Positions 48,339-56,926 of a DNA stretch of 64,000 bases are shown here, piece by piece. Under the pieces are notes generated by a model. It saw only the letters and a program-made list of their open reading frames with translations. It searched no databases and had not been told where the DNA came from. The DNA comes from an uncultured Deferribacteres bacterium. Lineage in GTDB: Bacteria > Zhuqueibacterota > JdFR-76 > BMS3Abin05. Position numbers and translations under genes: made by a program. The stretch covers positions 134 to 64,133 of the forward strand of contig CAZMRE010000001.1 of the NCBI GenBank assembly GCA_964568545.1, in the 5' to 3' direction. The number at the start of each line of letters is the position of its first letter. Position 1 is the first letter of the stretch.

Positions 48339-49148
48339 CTACGCTTCTTCCTCCAACGCCAATCCGATAAAAACAGCAGATAGCATGGCAAAAATATACG
48401 CCTGAATAAATGCAATCAAAATTGCCAACAGCTCAACGCCCACTGCTGTTACAACAGATAGCGGAGCAATTAAATAGCTGTGAAAGATAAAAATAAGACC
48501 GATAACCGTTCCCGCCACCAGATGATCGGCAATCATATTTGCAAAAAGACGAATCGCCAGCGCAAAGTGCCGGGTAAACAAGCCCATTAATTCAGCAATA
48601 AAAAGAATCGGAATCACAAAGCCGGGGATTCCTGAAGGGACAAACTGCTTAAAATAACCAATGGGCCCCTCTTGCTTCAGACGAGCTCCCTGCCCGATGA
48701 GAAAGGTTAATGTAGCCAAAGCAGCCGTTACATTAATATTCGAGGTGGCCGTGGCGCCCATCGGAACTAATCCCAACAAGTTGCAGGTAAGGATAAAAAA
48801 GAAAACGGATAAAATGTAGGGGGAAAATCGGGAGGCATTTTCGCCAAGGTAGGGAATCAAAACATCTTCACGCAAGAAAACAACAACTGCCTCCAGGGCA
48901 CTCGCCATTCCCCTGGGAACCAAACGGATTTTTCTAAAGGAAATTCCAAATAGAAAAATCAGAATGGCGGCAGATATCCACAACATAAGTACATGCTTGG
49001 TGATTGAGAAATCAATTCCCCAAACCATGGGTAACTTCACCAAAACATGATCAGACACCTCTTCCAAAATAAACCCGGCGCTCTTGCCTCCCTCCTTAGC
49101 CGATTCTTCCGCCATTAAAAGTAAGGCATTCATTGCATTTAAAATCAT
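48339..49148 (-). CDS. atpB: Fo ATP synthase a subunit
   Basis: 269 aa and polytopic. It has the conserved Arg region FALAIRLFANMIADH. Confidence 0.92.
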   Translation of the reverse strand: MILNAMNALLLMAEESAKEGGKSAGFILEEVSDHVLVKLPMVWGIDFSITKHVLMLWISAAILIFLFGISFRKIRLVPRGMASALEAVVVFLREDVLIPYLGENASRFSPYILSVFFFILTCNLLGLVPMGATATSNINVTAALATLTFLIGQGARLKQEGPIGYFKQFVPSGIPGFVIPILFIAELMGLFTRHFALAIRLFANMIADHLVAGTVIGLIFIFHSYLIAPLSVVTAVGVELLAILIAFIQAYIFAMLSAVFIGLALEEEA

Positions 49149-49360
49149 TGTTTCAAACCAAATCGTTTGATGTTCATATTCAAGAACCCTTTTAGCTTCT
49201 TCAATAGTGCCTGAACGAAAATACCTGAAAAATGTAACGTAAGCATCTTGCTTGCGCTAGTTTGCCATCAAAAACAAAAAATTAGCTAAAACAACTTTCA
49301 CAAACCAGAGTCTTCTGCCGCATTTTTGTTCAGATACTAAATCGTCTGTATCCACGGCTT

Positions 49361-49762
49361 TTATTCGGAAGCCACTGATTTTTTTCCCATCTGATTTTGA
49401 AGGAACTTCGCTTCCATAATTTGGAAAATCAAATAATAAGCGATAAGTGTAATCAGAAAAAGTGTCGGTGACAAATGCAAAAGCCACCACACCAAAAAAA
49501 TCAGGGCAACCACAAGCACAATACGGGCAACCATTCCTCCGACCAACACGCGAAAAAACACTTTATTGCTCTTTTGAAATGCCCATCGATTCAGATAATA
49601 GGCAAATAAAATCACAAAAAAACTAATCACGCAGCTTACAAAAGGGGTTACCAGAAATTGCTGCCCTTTCCACAGCGATAGCGGTAACCAGATCGCCAAA
49701 AACGTTACAACCATCACGCAAAAGAACTGCCCTAACAAAGAACGCTTACACATAAAAATCAC
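49361..49762 (-). CDS. atpI: AtpI-like small membrane protein of the atp operon
   Basis: 133 aa with four hydrophobic helices. It lies immediately upstream of atpB, and its start overlaps the preceding gene's stop by 4 nt. The family call rests mainly on position and topology. Confidence 0.55.
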   Translation of the reverse strand: MIFMCKRSLLGQFFCVMVVTFLAIWLPLSLWKGQQFLVTPFVSCVISFFVILFAYYLNRWAFQKSNKVFFRVLVGGMVARIVLVVALIFLVWWLLHLSPTLFLITLIAYYLIFQIMEAKFLQNQMGKKSVASE

Positions 49763-49989
49763 TTCTGCTTTTTTGAAAAAACGCTATGGTAAATACTTAA
49801 AAAACCAGAGAAAGCCCCAAATATAAATCCAATCAGCAAAAACAGGGGAAGCGTGTGTAATTTTTTATCGACCCAATAGCCCCCGAACAAACCAATGAGA
49901 ATTGAAATGACCAACCGAAGGCCTAAATCCAGATAAGGCCCCACCTCTTTCCAGGTATCGTGCCAGGATGTCGGCGATTTGCCTTTCAT
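49759..49989 (-). CDS. AtpZ/AtpI-family small membrane protein (two TM helices)
   Basis: 76 aa. It reads YLDLGLRLVISILIGLFGGYWVDKKL..LPLFLLIGFIFGAFSGFLSIY, the typical two-helix AtpZ pattern, at the head of the atp operon. Confidence 0.6.
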   Translation of the reverse strand: MKGKSPTSWHDTWKEVGPYLDLGLRLVISILIGLFGGYWVDKKLHTLPLFLLIGFIFGAFSGFLSIYHSVFSKKQK

Positions 49990-50423
49990 TTTTTATCAGA
50001 TTGAAGACCTTTTTCTTCATCCTTTTTCGAAAAAGTCGTTTTTCTCTCAGACGCTGCTGTCTTCGATCCGCCAGGCATCTGGCAATTCCCGTTAAACAAG
50101 GCACCCTCGTCGATAATCAGGCGGGTGGTTTTCAACTCACCCTCAATCTTGGATGTATTTTCAAGGGTTACTTTCCCTGAAGCAAACAGCTTGCCTACCA
50201 CTTTCCCACCGACAATGGCATTTTTCACCTCAATTTCGCCATTTACCTCGCCATCTTTACCGATAACAATAGATTCCGTTGATTTAATATTTCCATTAAA
50301 TATCCCATCCACACGCACACTATTCTGGACATTAATATTTCCTTCAAAGGATGTTCCTTTGCCAATAATCGTATTAATGTCGCCCATATTATTAAAGGAC
50401 TCTTCCGACTTGTCTTTAAACAT
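49986..50423 (-). CDS. Bactofilin (polymer-forming cytoskeletal protein, DUF583)
   Basis: 145 aa. It has the beta-helix repeat pattern IIGKGTSFEGNINVQNSVRVDGIFNGNIKSTESIVIGKDGEVNGEIEVKNAIVGGKVVGKL...IEGELKTTRLIIDEGALFNGNCQM and a Lys/Glu-rich tail. Confidence 0.88.
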   Translation of the reverse strand: MFKDKSEESFNNMGDINTIIGKGTSFEGNINVQNSVRVDGIFNGNIKSTESIVIGKDGEVNGEIEVKNAIVGGKVVGKLFASGKVTLENTSKIEGELKTTRLIIDEGALFNGNCQMPGGSKTAASERKTTFSKKDEEKGLQSDKK

Positions 50424-50456
50424 TTATTTCTCCTGAAAATTCTAAATCCACACTCA

Positions 50457-51362
50457 TCATGTGCCTGACTCTAAAGCAAGAATAAATTTTTTGGGATCGA
50501 CCGGCACTCCGGCTTTCCAGATTTCAAAATGAAGATGCGGGCCAGAGCTGGTTAAACCAGAGCTTCCCAGCAGGGAGATTGGCTCGCCCTTTTTAACAAA
50601 ACCCTCGGTTTTTAGAATACGAAGGTTGTGCGCATAAAAGCTAAAGGTATCATTTCCATGATAAATAATGACCAGATTCCCCAATTCAGGCGTCCAATTG
50701 GCAAAAATAATTTCTCCCGCACCCGCTGCTTTTACAACCGTTCCAACTTTCGCCGCAATGTCAATTCCGATATGCCGTTCCCGATGCAGAAATTCACCCT
50801 TGTTATAGGTATCGTAATCGAGTGTTAAAAACCCATTAACAGGCAGGAGCGTTGGCATATTTTTGTAAAGATCATGAAAAACGGTTTTTTGGCTTCTGAT
50901 GTATTCCAGCTTTCCCTTAATATTTGAAAGATCATTCCAATCCGCACCTGAAGATACATCGCCTTTTTCAAATTCAGGAGCGATCAAATCCTGAGGTTTT
51001 ATCCCCGGCTGCACATCTACTTCACTATGATCGATACCCACAGGGTTATTGACGCCAAGGGATGTTTTTAACTTTTCGGCAAACTGCGACAGATCGGCAA
51101 ACTTCTTTGAAATATCGTAAATCTTCTTATTCTCTTCACGAAGTTTCTGATTCTGAGCAATCAGCTTATTTTTTTCACTGTGAACCTGTGCATATCTCCA
51201 ATAAAAAACTCCTCCAGCCACAAAGTGAATCAGAAGCAAAACACCGGCAATTTTCAAAAAACGAACCATCCCGCTCTTGAGTGTAATCGAAATGGGCTCT
51301 TCGCGATCACTCGGGATAATTAAAATTGATATCTGCTTTTTTCTTTTTTTCTTTGTTCCCAT
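50457..51362 (-). CDS. M23-family (LytM-type) metallopeptidase with an N-terminal membrane anchor
   Basis: 301 aa. It has the TM helix FLKIAGVLLLIHFVAGGVFYW, a coiled-coil segment, and the catalytic motifs HIGIDIAA and GSSGLTSSGPHLHFEIW. Confidence 0.88.
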   Translation of the reverse strand: MGTKKKRKKQISILIIPSDREEPISITLKSGMVRFLKIAGVLLLIHFVAGGVFYWRYAQVHSEKNKLIAQNQKLREENKKIYDISKKFADLSQFAEKLKTSLGVNNPVGIDHSEVDVQPGIKPQDLIAPEFEKGDVSSGADWNDLSNIKGKLEYIRSQKTVFHDLYKNMPTLLPVNGFLTLDYDTYNKGEFLHRERHIGIDIAAKVGTVVKAAGAGEIIFANWTPELGNLVIIYHGNDTFSFYAHNLRILKTEGFVKKGEPISLLGSSGLTSSGPHLHFEIWKAGVPVDPKKFILALESGT

Positions 51363-51382
51363 TGCTTTTCCTAAACTCAGAC

Positions 51383-51411
51383 AATATAGAATAAAAATAA
51401 ATAAAAAGCAA
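51383..51411 (-). promoter_or_regulatory. Sigma-70-type promoter upstream of M23-bactofilin-atp
   Basis: The minus strand reads TTGCTT - 17 nt - TATATT, ending about 20 nt upstream of the M23 ATG. Confidence 0.5.
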
Positions 51412-51497
51412 TATTTTTTTGATGATATTATTTATGAAATATTGAAATTAGAACACTCTTAAAATCACTGATTTCCGCATTCGAATATTAGCAAAAA

Positions 51498-52382
51498 TCA
51501 GTAATCATTCTCAGAAGACTGCACTATTTCCCAAATGCGTTCGAGGTCTTCTCGTGAATAATATTCAATTTCTATTTTACCGCCTTTTTTCTGCGGATGA
51601 ATGTTCACTTTCGTTCCGAGAACTTCCCGGAATCTTTCTTCCATTGCCTCAATGTGAGGTGACTTTGGCTGCGGTTGCCGCTTTTTCTCTTCTTCCCCCT
51701 GGTTGGCTTTTCTTACCCGAGCCTCAACCTCGCGAACGGACAATTTTTTCTGAACAGCTTGTCTCCAGATTTCCTGAAGCCGATCTGGATTTTCCACGCC
51801 AAGCAGTGCCCGTGCGTGCCCCATTGAAATTTCTCCCCGCTTAAGACTTTCCTGAACCTCAGCGGGCAATTTTAGCAATCGCAACAAATTGGCAACAGTC
51901 GAGCGCTCTTTTCCAACCTTTTGAGCAACCTGTTCCTGGGTCAGATTTAATTCCTCAATCAAGCGTTGGTACCCCCGGGACACATCAATCGGATTTAAAT
52001 CCTCTCGCTGAATATTTTCAATGAGAGCCAATTCCAGCATTTCATCATCGGTGCTAACATCAATGATAAAAGCAGGAATTTTTTCATAACCCAATTCTTT
52101 TACTGCACGAAGCCTGCGCTCCCCGGCAACAAGCTGGTAGCGATCGTTTTTTTCGCGAACGGTTACCGGCTGAATGACCCCTTTTTCAGCAATGGAATTC
52201 TTCAACTCCTCCATGTTCTTCGGATCGTAATCCTCACGAGGCTGGAAAGGGTTGGGGGTAATCATGCGTACATCGATTTCCTGAAATTTTTGGGGAATTT
52301 CACCCCCCAGAAAAGCTGCATCGGAATCATCTGAAATGAGTGCTCCGAGCCCCCTGCCAAGGCGCTTGGATTTAGCGACCAT
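51498..52382 (-). CDS. parB: Chromosome partitioning protein ParB
   Basis: 294 aa. It has GRGLGALI, the box II motif GERRLRA, and the HTH region [22 protein letters not shown]. Confidence 0.93.
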   Translation of the reverse strand: MVAKSKRLGRGLGALISDDSDAAFLGGEIPQKFQEIDVRMITPNPFQPREDYDPKNMEELKNSIAEKGVIQPVTVREKNDRYQLVAGERRLRAVKELGYEKIPAFIIDVSTDDEMLELALIENIQREDLNPIDVSRGYQRLIEELNLTQEQVAQKVGKERSTVANLLRLLKLPAEVQESLKRGEISMGHARALLGVENPDRLQEIWRQAVQKKLSVREVEARVRKANQGEEEKKRQPQPKSPHIEAMEERFREVLGTKVNIHPQKKGGKIEIEYYSREDLERIWEIVQSSENDY

Positions 52383-53136
52383 TGTTCAAGATCTCCTCTG
52401 CCAAACTCATGTAATTTTCCGAACCGGTAGAAACGGCATCATATAAAATAATCGGTTTGCCGAAACTGGGGGCTTCACTTAAACGCACATTTCGAGTAAC
52501 CACTGTCTTAAATACCTTGTCATCAAAATAATTGCGAACCTCTTCGGCCACCTGCCGCGAGAGATTCAGTCGGCTGTCGTACATGGTTAAAAGAACACCT
52601 TCGATTTCGAGGGACGGATTCAGATGCTTTTGCACCAACCGAATGGTATTTAACAACTGGCTAAGTCCTTCCAAGGCATAATACTCACACTGAATGGGAA
52701 TCAGAATGGAATCAGACGCTGTTAAACTATTCACGGTTAAGAGTCCCAGAGAGGGGGGATTGTCAATAATAATAAAATCGTACTCTTTTTGAAGTTTTGA
52801 AAGGGCCGCGCGAAGAATTTTTTCGCGAGCGATTGTACCTACCAGCTCAATTTCCGCACCTACCAATCGAATATTTGAAGGAAGAATATCCAGATATTTA
52901 ATTTGAGTGGGCTGAATGGTTGAATTAATGTCTTCCTCGCCGATGAGTACGTCGTAAACGCTCTTTTTGATTTCGGTAGGTGTTAGGCCGATACCACTGG
53001 TTGCATTGGCTTGAGGATCGATGTCGATCAAAAGTGTTGGAATTTCTGCAACTGCCAGACAGGCAGCCAGATTAACCGCCGTCGTTGTTTTTCCCACACC
53101 ACCTTTTTGATTCGCTATTGCAATTATTTTGCCCAT
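52372..53136 (-). CDS. parA: Chromosome partitioning ATPase ParA/Soj
   Basis: 254 aa. It has the deviant Walker A motif [16 protein letters not shown]. The stop overlaps the parB start. Confidence 0.95.
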   Translation of the reverse strand: MGKIIAIANQKGGVGKTTTAVNLAACLAVAEIPTLLIDIDPQANATSGIGLTPTEIKKSVYDVLIGEEDINSTIQPTQIKYLDILPSNIRLVGAEIELVGTIAREKILRAALSKLQKEYDFIIIDNPPSLGLLTVNSLTASDSILIPIQCEYYALEGLSQLLNTIRLVQKHLNPSLEIEGVLLTMYDSRLNLSRQVAEEVRNYFDDKVFKTVVTRNVRLSEAPSFGKPIILYDAVSTGSENYMSLAEEILNNGR

Positions 53137-53171
53137 TTTTCCTTCGATTTCATTTTCATTGAATGATTTAA

Positions 53172-53200
53172 AATATAAATTTTTAAACAGTTGAAATCAA
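53172..53200 (-). promoter_or_regulatory. Sigma-70-type promoter of parAB
   Basis: The minus strand reads TTGATT - 17 nt - TATATT, located between the ppx stop and the parA ATG. Confidence 0.55.
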
Positions 53201-53207
53201 GGAAAAT

Positions 53208-54140
53208 TTATATTTTAGATTGCAACCTTAAATCGTCCAGAATGAGGCCAAATCGCAGCCCGCGGTCGCTTACAATCAGCTCATTTTGTCTGAACGTTTT
53301 CATAATTTCCTTTAGAAGTAAACTCCCTGCGAGAATAACATCTTCCCGCCCGGGATACAGTCCGGGCAGTTTTATGCGCTCCTTCGCGGGCATCTCCTGC
53401 ATTTTTTGGATCAACGTCGAGACCTGCCGGGAAGACAGCTTAAAGCCATCAATCGTTTCAGAATCGTACTCCGTCAGTTTCAGCGTCATTGCGGCAAGGG
53501 TAGTCACCGTTCCGGCCGTGCCTACCAGGTGATCCGGAATTGGAATATCGGCTCGCAACGAATTCAGATACCGGCCAGTGTATTCCGCAACCTTTTTAAA
53601 TTCGTTTGGCAAAGGCGGGTCGTGGCGAAAAAACTGCTCGGTAAGACGAACCGAGCCGATATTCAAACTTTTCCGCCCCACCAGCGACAGATTGCGGCCC
53701 CACACAAATTCCGTGCTTCCGCCGCCAATATCCACCACCAGGACACGTCCCTTCAGAGCGCTCTTATTGGAAAGCGCACCCAAAAAGGACAGCCGCGCCT
53801 CTTCTTCTCCGGTAATAATTTTAACATCCCAGCCAAGTATTTCCTTTACGCGATTCAAGAAGTCATCGCGATTAGTGGCATCGCGCAGAGCGGATGTTCC
53901 CACGATTAAAACTCTTGAAACGTGATTTTCATTGGCAGTAAGCTTGTACCCCTGCAAGATCCGGAGCGCCTTTTCCATGTTTTCCGAATTTAGTTTTCCT
54001 GTCTTGTCCACCCCTTTGCCCAGACGCGCCACACCCTGCGCCTGGTAAACAGGAAAAAGCTCTCCGTTTGGGGACAGCTCCGCAACGAGAAGCAAAATGG
54101 TGTTTGTTCCGATGTCGATGGCAGCAATTCGCTCTCCCAC
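53208..54140 (-). CDS. Ppx/GppA-family phosphatase (exopolyphosphatase / pppGpp phosphohydrolase)
   Basis: It has ASKHA-fold motifs IAAIDIGTNT, VVDIGGGSTE and GTAGTVT. The start is set at the GTG at 54140, which has an AGGAG ribosome-binding site 8 nt upstream and shares 1 nt with the prmA stop (TAGTG). Confidence 0.85.
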   Translation of the reverse strand: MGERIAAIDIGTNTILLLVAELSPNGELFPVYQAQGVARLGKGVDKTGKLNSENMEKALRILQGYKLTANENHVSRVLIVGTSALRDATNRDDFLNRVKEILGWDVKIITGEEEARLSFLGALSNKSALKGRVLVVDIGGGSTEFVWGRNLSLVGRKSLNIGSVRLTEQFFRHDPPLPNEFKKVAEYTGRYLNSLRADIPIPDHLVGTAGTVTTLAAMTLKLTEYDSETIDGFKLSSRQVSTLIQKMQEMPAKERIKLPGLYPGREDVILAGSLLLKEIMKTFRQNELIVSDRGLRFGLILDDLRLQSKI

Positions 54141-54994
54141 TACGCCTTCTCCTTTCGAACAATCAGCCCGATCCACTCCCCCTGCTGCTTAATTTTCTGA
54201 ACGCTTACCGGGTAGTGATTTAATTGCCGGAGAAAAGCATTTTTTTCTTCGACAAGAATTCCTGAAAGAAAAAGCCAGCCGTTTGGTTTTAATGCTGGAA
54301 CAACATCCGGGAGAAGATCGCCAATGACCCGGCTTACAATATTCATAAGAATCACATCGAATTCCCGATTAGTGACGGCCGCTGCAGATCCAGCAAAAAA
54401 TCGAATCGTTTGCTCCGTTTGATTTAAGCGGGCGTTTTCAACGGCCGTTCTCACAGCCACCGGATCGTTATCATTCGCGAGAATGTCCGTAACTCCCATT
54501 TTTGCCGCAGCAATGGCCAGAATGCCTGTGCCCGTTCCCACATCCCAGAGGGACATCCCCGGCTTGACAATCGGCTCCATAATCGTCAGAATGAGCTGAG
54601 TGGTTTCGTGGGTTCCCGTGCCAAATGCCTGCCCGGGATCGATAGTAATCACAAGCCGATCCGTTTTTTCAGAAAGATTTTCCCAAGAAGGCTTCACTAA
54701 GAATCGGTCACCAATTTTTAGCGGCTTAAAATTCTTTTTCCAATTTTCGTTCCAATTTTCCGCAGGAATTTTTTCCCATTCAATTTTGAATTGAAAACCG
54801 AGCTTTTTCAGCCGCTCCCGGAGATTTCCCATGACTGTTTCAATAGACGCTTCCGGTCGGAAATAGGCAAGCAATTTCCAAGGGAGATTTTCCAGGCCAA
54901 TGCAGCCCTCCTGAAACAGCAGCGATCCTACGAGGTCTTGCTGATCTTCAGACACATTCAACGTAAGTTTGTACCAAAAATCAGGAGAATTCAT
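54140..54994 (-). CDS. prmA: Ribosomal protein L11 methyltransferase
   Basis: 284 aa. It has IDPGQAFGTGTHETT and the SAM motif DVGTGTGILAIAA. Confidence 0.9.
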   Translation of the reverse strand: MNSPDFWYKLTLNVSEDQQDLVGSLLFQEGCIGLENLPWKLLAYFRPEASIETVMGNLRERLKKLGFQFKIEWEKIPAENWNENWKKNFKPLKIGDRFLVKPSWENLSEKTDRLVITIDPGQAFGTGTHETTQLILTIMEPIVKPGMSLWDVGTGTGILAIAAAKMGVTDILANDNDPVAVRTAVENARLNQTEQTIRFFAGSAAAVTNREFDVILMNIVSRVIGDLLPDVVPALKPNGWLFLSGILVEEKNAFLRQLNHYPVSVQKIKQQGEWIGLIVRKEKA

Positions 54995-55022
54995 GGTTTA
55001 TTTCGTACAATTTTCAACACAA

Positions 55023-55496
55023 TTATCGAAACGAATACACGTAACCAATCTTAAAATAATTGAAAATCCCTGTGTATCCGCTATTATTCTTGAAAAATAT
55101 CGGCACACGCACTTCGGCGAAAAGATTTTTCCACTCAACATTGTACCCGTAACCCATGTAAACTTGCAAATTGGAAACACTGTGGCCAGACTGGCCATAT
55201 CCTACCATGTGGAATACGCTGTGGGTAAAATTTGAGCCTTCAAAAATTTTTATGAAAAATGCAAGCTCCACGCCGTTGGGGGCGCCGTCATTCGACCCCG
55301 TGTAAATTCCTGATAGTCTCATGGCATAATTTGAAAAATGAACTGCCGTAGAAAGATTAACACCAGCAGGCGCCCCGAAAGAACTTCCAACGGATAAATA
55401 CCTGTGTTCCAAACTCAACCGATAATTCTGTGCATTGGCAATACCGGAAAACACCGAAACAAAAAGAGCCATTGCTACAAACGTTCGTTTAAACAT
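55023..55496 (-). CDS. Small outer-membrane beta-barrel protein
   Basis: 157 aa. It has a signal peptide ending IANA|QN and alternating hydrophobic/aromatic strand pattern. The C-terminus is GYVYSFR. The ribosome-binding site is GAGGAGG. Confidence 0.6.
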   Translation of the reverse strand: MFKRTFVAMALFVSVFSGIANAQNYRLSLEHRYLSVGSSFGAPAGVNLSTAVHFSNYAMRLSGIYTGSNDGAPNGVELAFFIKIFEGSNFTHSVFHMVGYGQSGHSVSNLQVYMGYGYNVEWKNLFAEVRVPIFFKNNSGYTGIFNYFKIGYVYSFR

Positions 55497-55591
55497 TTGG
55501 ATTGCCTCCTCTTGGGGTGAACTACTAATTCATTTAAATTTTAAAAACAATCTTTTAAATAGACCTCTATTGTTGTGATTTTTACAAAAAG

Positions 55592-55664
55592 GAATTAGCC
55601 GCGAATGCGCAAATTATATTTTTTTTTCGAATAAAATTCGTGAATCTGTGGCGTTAATATTTTT
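55592..55664 (+). repeat. Interspersed intergenic repeat, family 2 (full-length copy)
   Basis: GAATTAGCCGCGAATGCGCAAATTATATTTTTTTTTCGAATAAAATTCGTGAATCTGTGGCGTTAATATTTTT aligns with the reverse complement of 2854-2925. Sub-segments recur at 30835-30855 and 5520-5536. Confidence 0.75.
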
Positions 55665-55758
55665 AAATTTCAATTTACGGCGCTATGTATCCACATTTAA
55701 AACAGAATCCCACTTGCGGCTTTTTAATCAAACTCGAAACGCGAAAGAAACAAAATAT

Positions 55759-56682
55759 TTACCGGCTGTAAATCAGATTCAGAAGAACCTGTCCCACAAT
55801 CTTCAGGCTTTTGGCAGAGCATTTGTCCGGCGTATCGCCAAGAGTGTGCCAATACGGGTAATCGAAATCGATCACGTCGATGCTGGGAATTCCCACTTCC
55901 AGAAGAGGCAAATGATCGTCGATAATTGTGTAGCGTACATCAGGAATAAATTGTGTGTAACCCAATTTGCCAGCAATTCCCCAAACTACGTTCACCACAT
56001 CCGGGGCATAACTGGCAGAATTGCCTTCCTCATAAATCTGCAAATCGCGGTCGCCAATCATGTCTAACAAAATGCTGAATTCAGGATTGTAGGATGGCGA
56101 TTTGTGCTGCGCAAAATAGCGGGAACCCTGCAAATATTCATCCGAATGCTCCTCCCGGCCAGAATCTTCGCCGTCCCACAAAGCCAGATCAACTCCCACA
56201 GGAGGGGGATTTTCTTTTAGATGCCGGGCAATTTCAAGCAGAACCGCTACTCCGGACGCCCCGTCGTTCGCACCGAGAATGGGTGTATTTCGATTTTTCG
56301 GATTCGGGTCGTGATCGGCCCAGGGGCGGGTATCCCAGTGGGCGGCCAAAAGAATTCTGCGATTTTTATGCCCGAATGAAGCAATAATATTGTGCAGCGT
56401 CAGGTGGAGATTATCTTTGTAGTTCACGAATGGAAAGGGCTGCAGACGCACTTGATCCGCAAATTTTGAAAACTCCCGTACCAGGTATTTCTGCGCCTTT
56501 TCGTGCCCGATTGAGCCGGGATTTCGCGGCCCAAAATCACATTGCTTCACCAGATAAGTGTAAGCACGCTGACCATCAAATGTGGGAATGGTTTGAGCGG
56601 AACAACTTGCCGCGATAAGCCAAATTCCCAAAAATAGCCACACATTCCTGATGTACTTTTTTCTTTTCATTGTTTGCTCCAT
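55759..56682 (-). CDS. M28-fold glutaminyl-peptide cyclotransferase-like protein (glutaminyl cyclase type)
   Basis: 307 aa. It reads LLAAHWDTRPWADHD...TPILGANDGASGVAVLLEIARHL...VDLALWDGEDSG, the metal-ligand pattern of animal/Bacteroidetes-type glutaminyl cyclases. The N-terminus IAASCSAQT is either a lipobox or a signal peptidase I site. Confidence 0.7.
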   Translation of the reverse strand: MEQTMKRKKYIRNVWLFLGIWLIAASCSAQTIPTFDGQRAYTYLVKQCDFGPRNPGSIGHEKAQKYLVREFSKFADQVRLQPFPFVNYKDNLHLTLHNIIASFGHKNRRILLAAHWDTRPWADHDPNPKNRNTPILGANDGASGVAVLLEIARHLKENPPPVGVDLALWDGEDSGREEHSDEYLQGSRYFAQHKSPSYNPEFSILLDMIGDRDLQIYEEGNSASYAPDVVNVVWGIAGKLGYTQFIPDVRYTIIDDHLPLLEVGIPSIDVIDFDYPYWHTLGDTPDKCSAKSLKIVGQVLLNLIYSR

Positions 56683-56728
56683 GCGCGTTCCATTTTAAAA
56701 AATGTCTAACATATTATCCGTGAGTTCA

Positions 56729-56822
56729 CTCTAAAAACCACAAATTACAAAAATTACGCTAATCTAATTCCAATAAAATTAATTCGTGGAATTAGTGGGC
56801 AAAGGCTTTTTAGAGCAGACTC
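56729..56822 (-). repeat. MITE-like intergenic repeat, family 1 (copy A), inverted relative to copy B; between sprA and the cyclase gene
   Basis: See 48216-48316. Its terminal inverted repeats are CTCTAAAAACC ... GGCTTTTTAGAG. Confidence 0.8.
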
Positions 56823-56926
56823 ATCCACAAAGAAATCTACTTCTTTAAGGCAATTGCAATTTCTAAAAACAGGCCATTGCTCATGCCACTTTTTGAAACA
56901 TAGAACAATGCAGGGGTATCTAAAAT

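Noticed and set aside
49257-49490. A 77-aa minus-strand ORF between atpI-like and atpB.
   Set aside because: It overlaps the atpI-like gene in another frame and has no motif support.
51363-53207. A replication origin or parS sites near parAB.
   Set aside because: I found no match to the TGTTTCACGTGAAACA-type parS palindrome. The only CACGTG-containing sites (e.g. 11570-11585) match half a site at best. DnaA-box-like 9-mers are isolated, mostly inside aspS coding sequence, and not clustered in an AT-rich intergenic region.
55648-55664. The repeat core GTGGCGTTAATATTTTT read as a sigma-54 or sigma-70 promoter.
   Set aside because: TGGCGT-N5 is followed by TTTTT rather than TTGC, and no acceptable -35 lies 16-18 nt upstream of TAATAT. 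The copies occur in both orientations relative to the genes.
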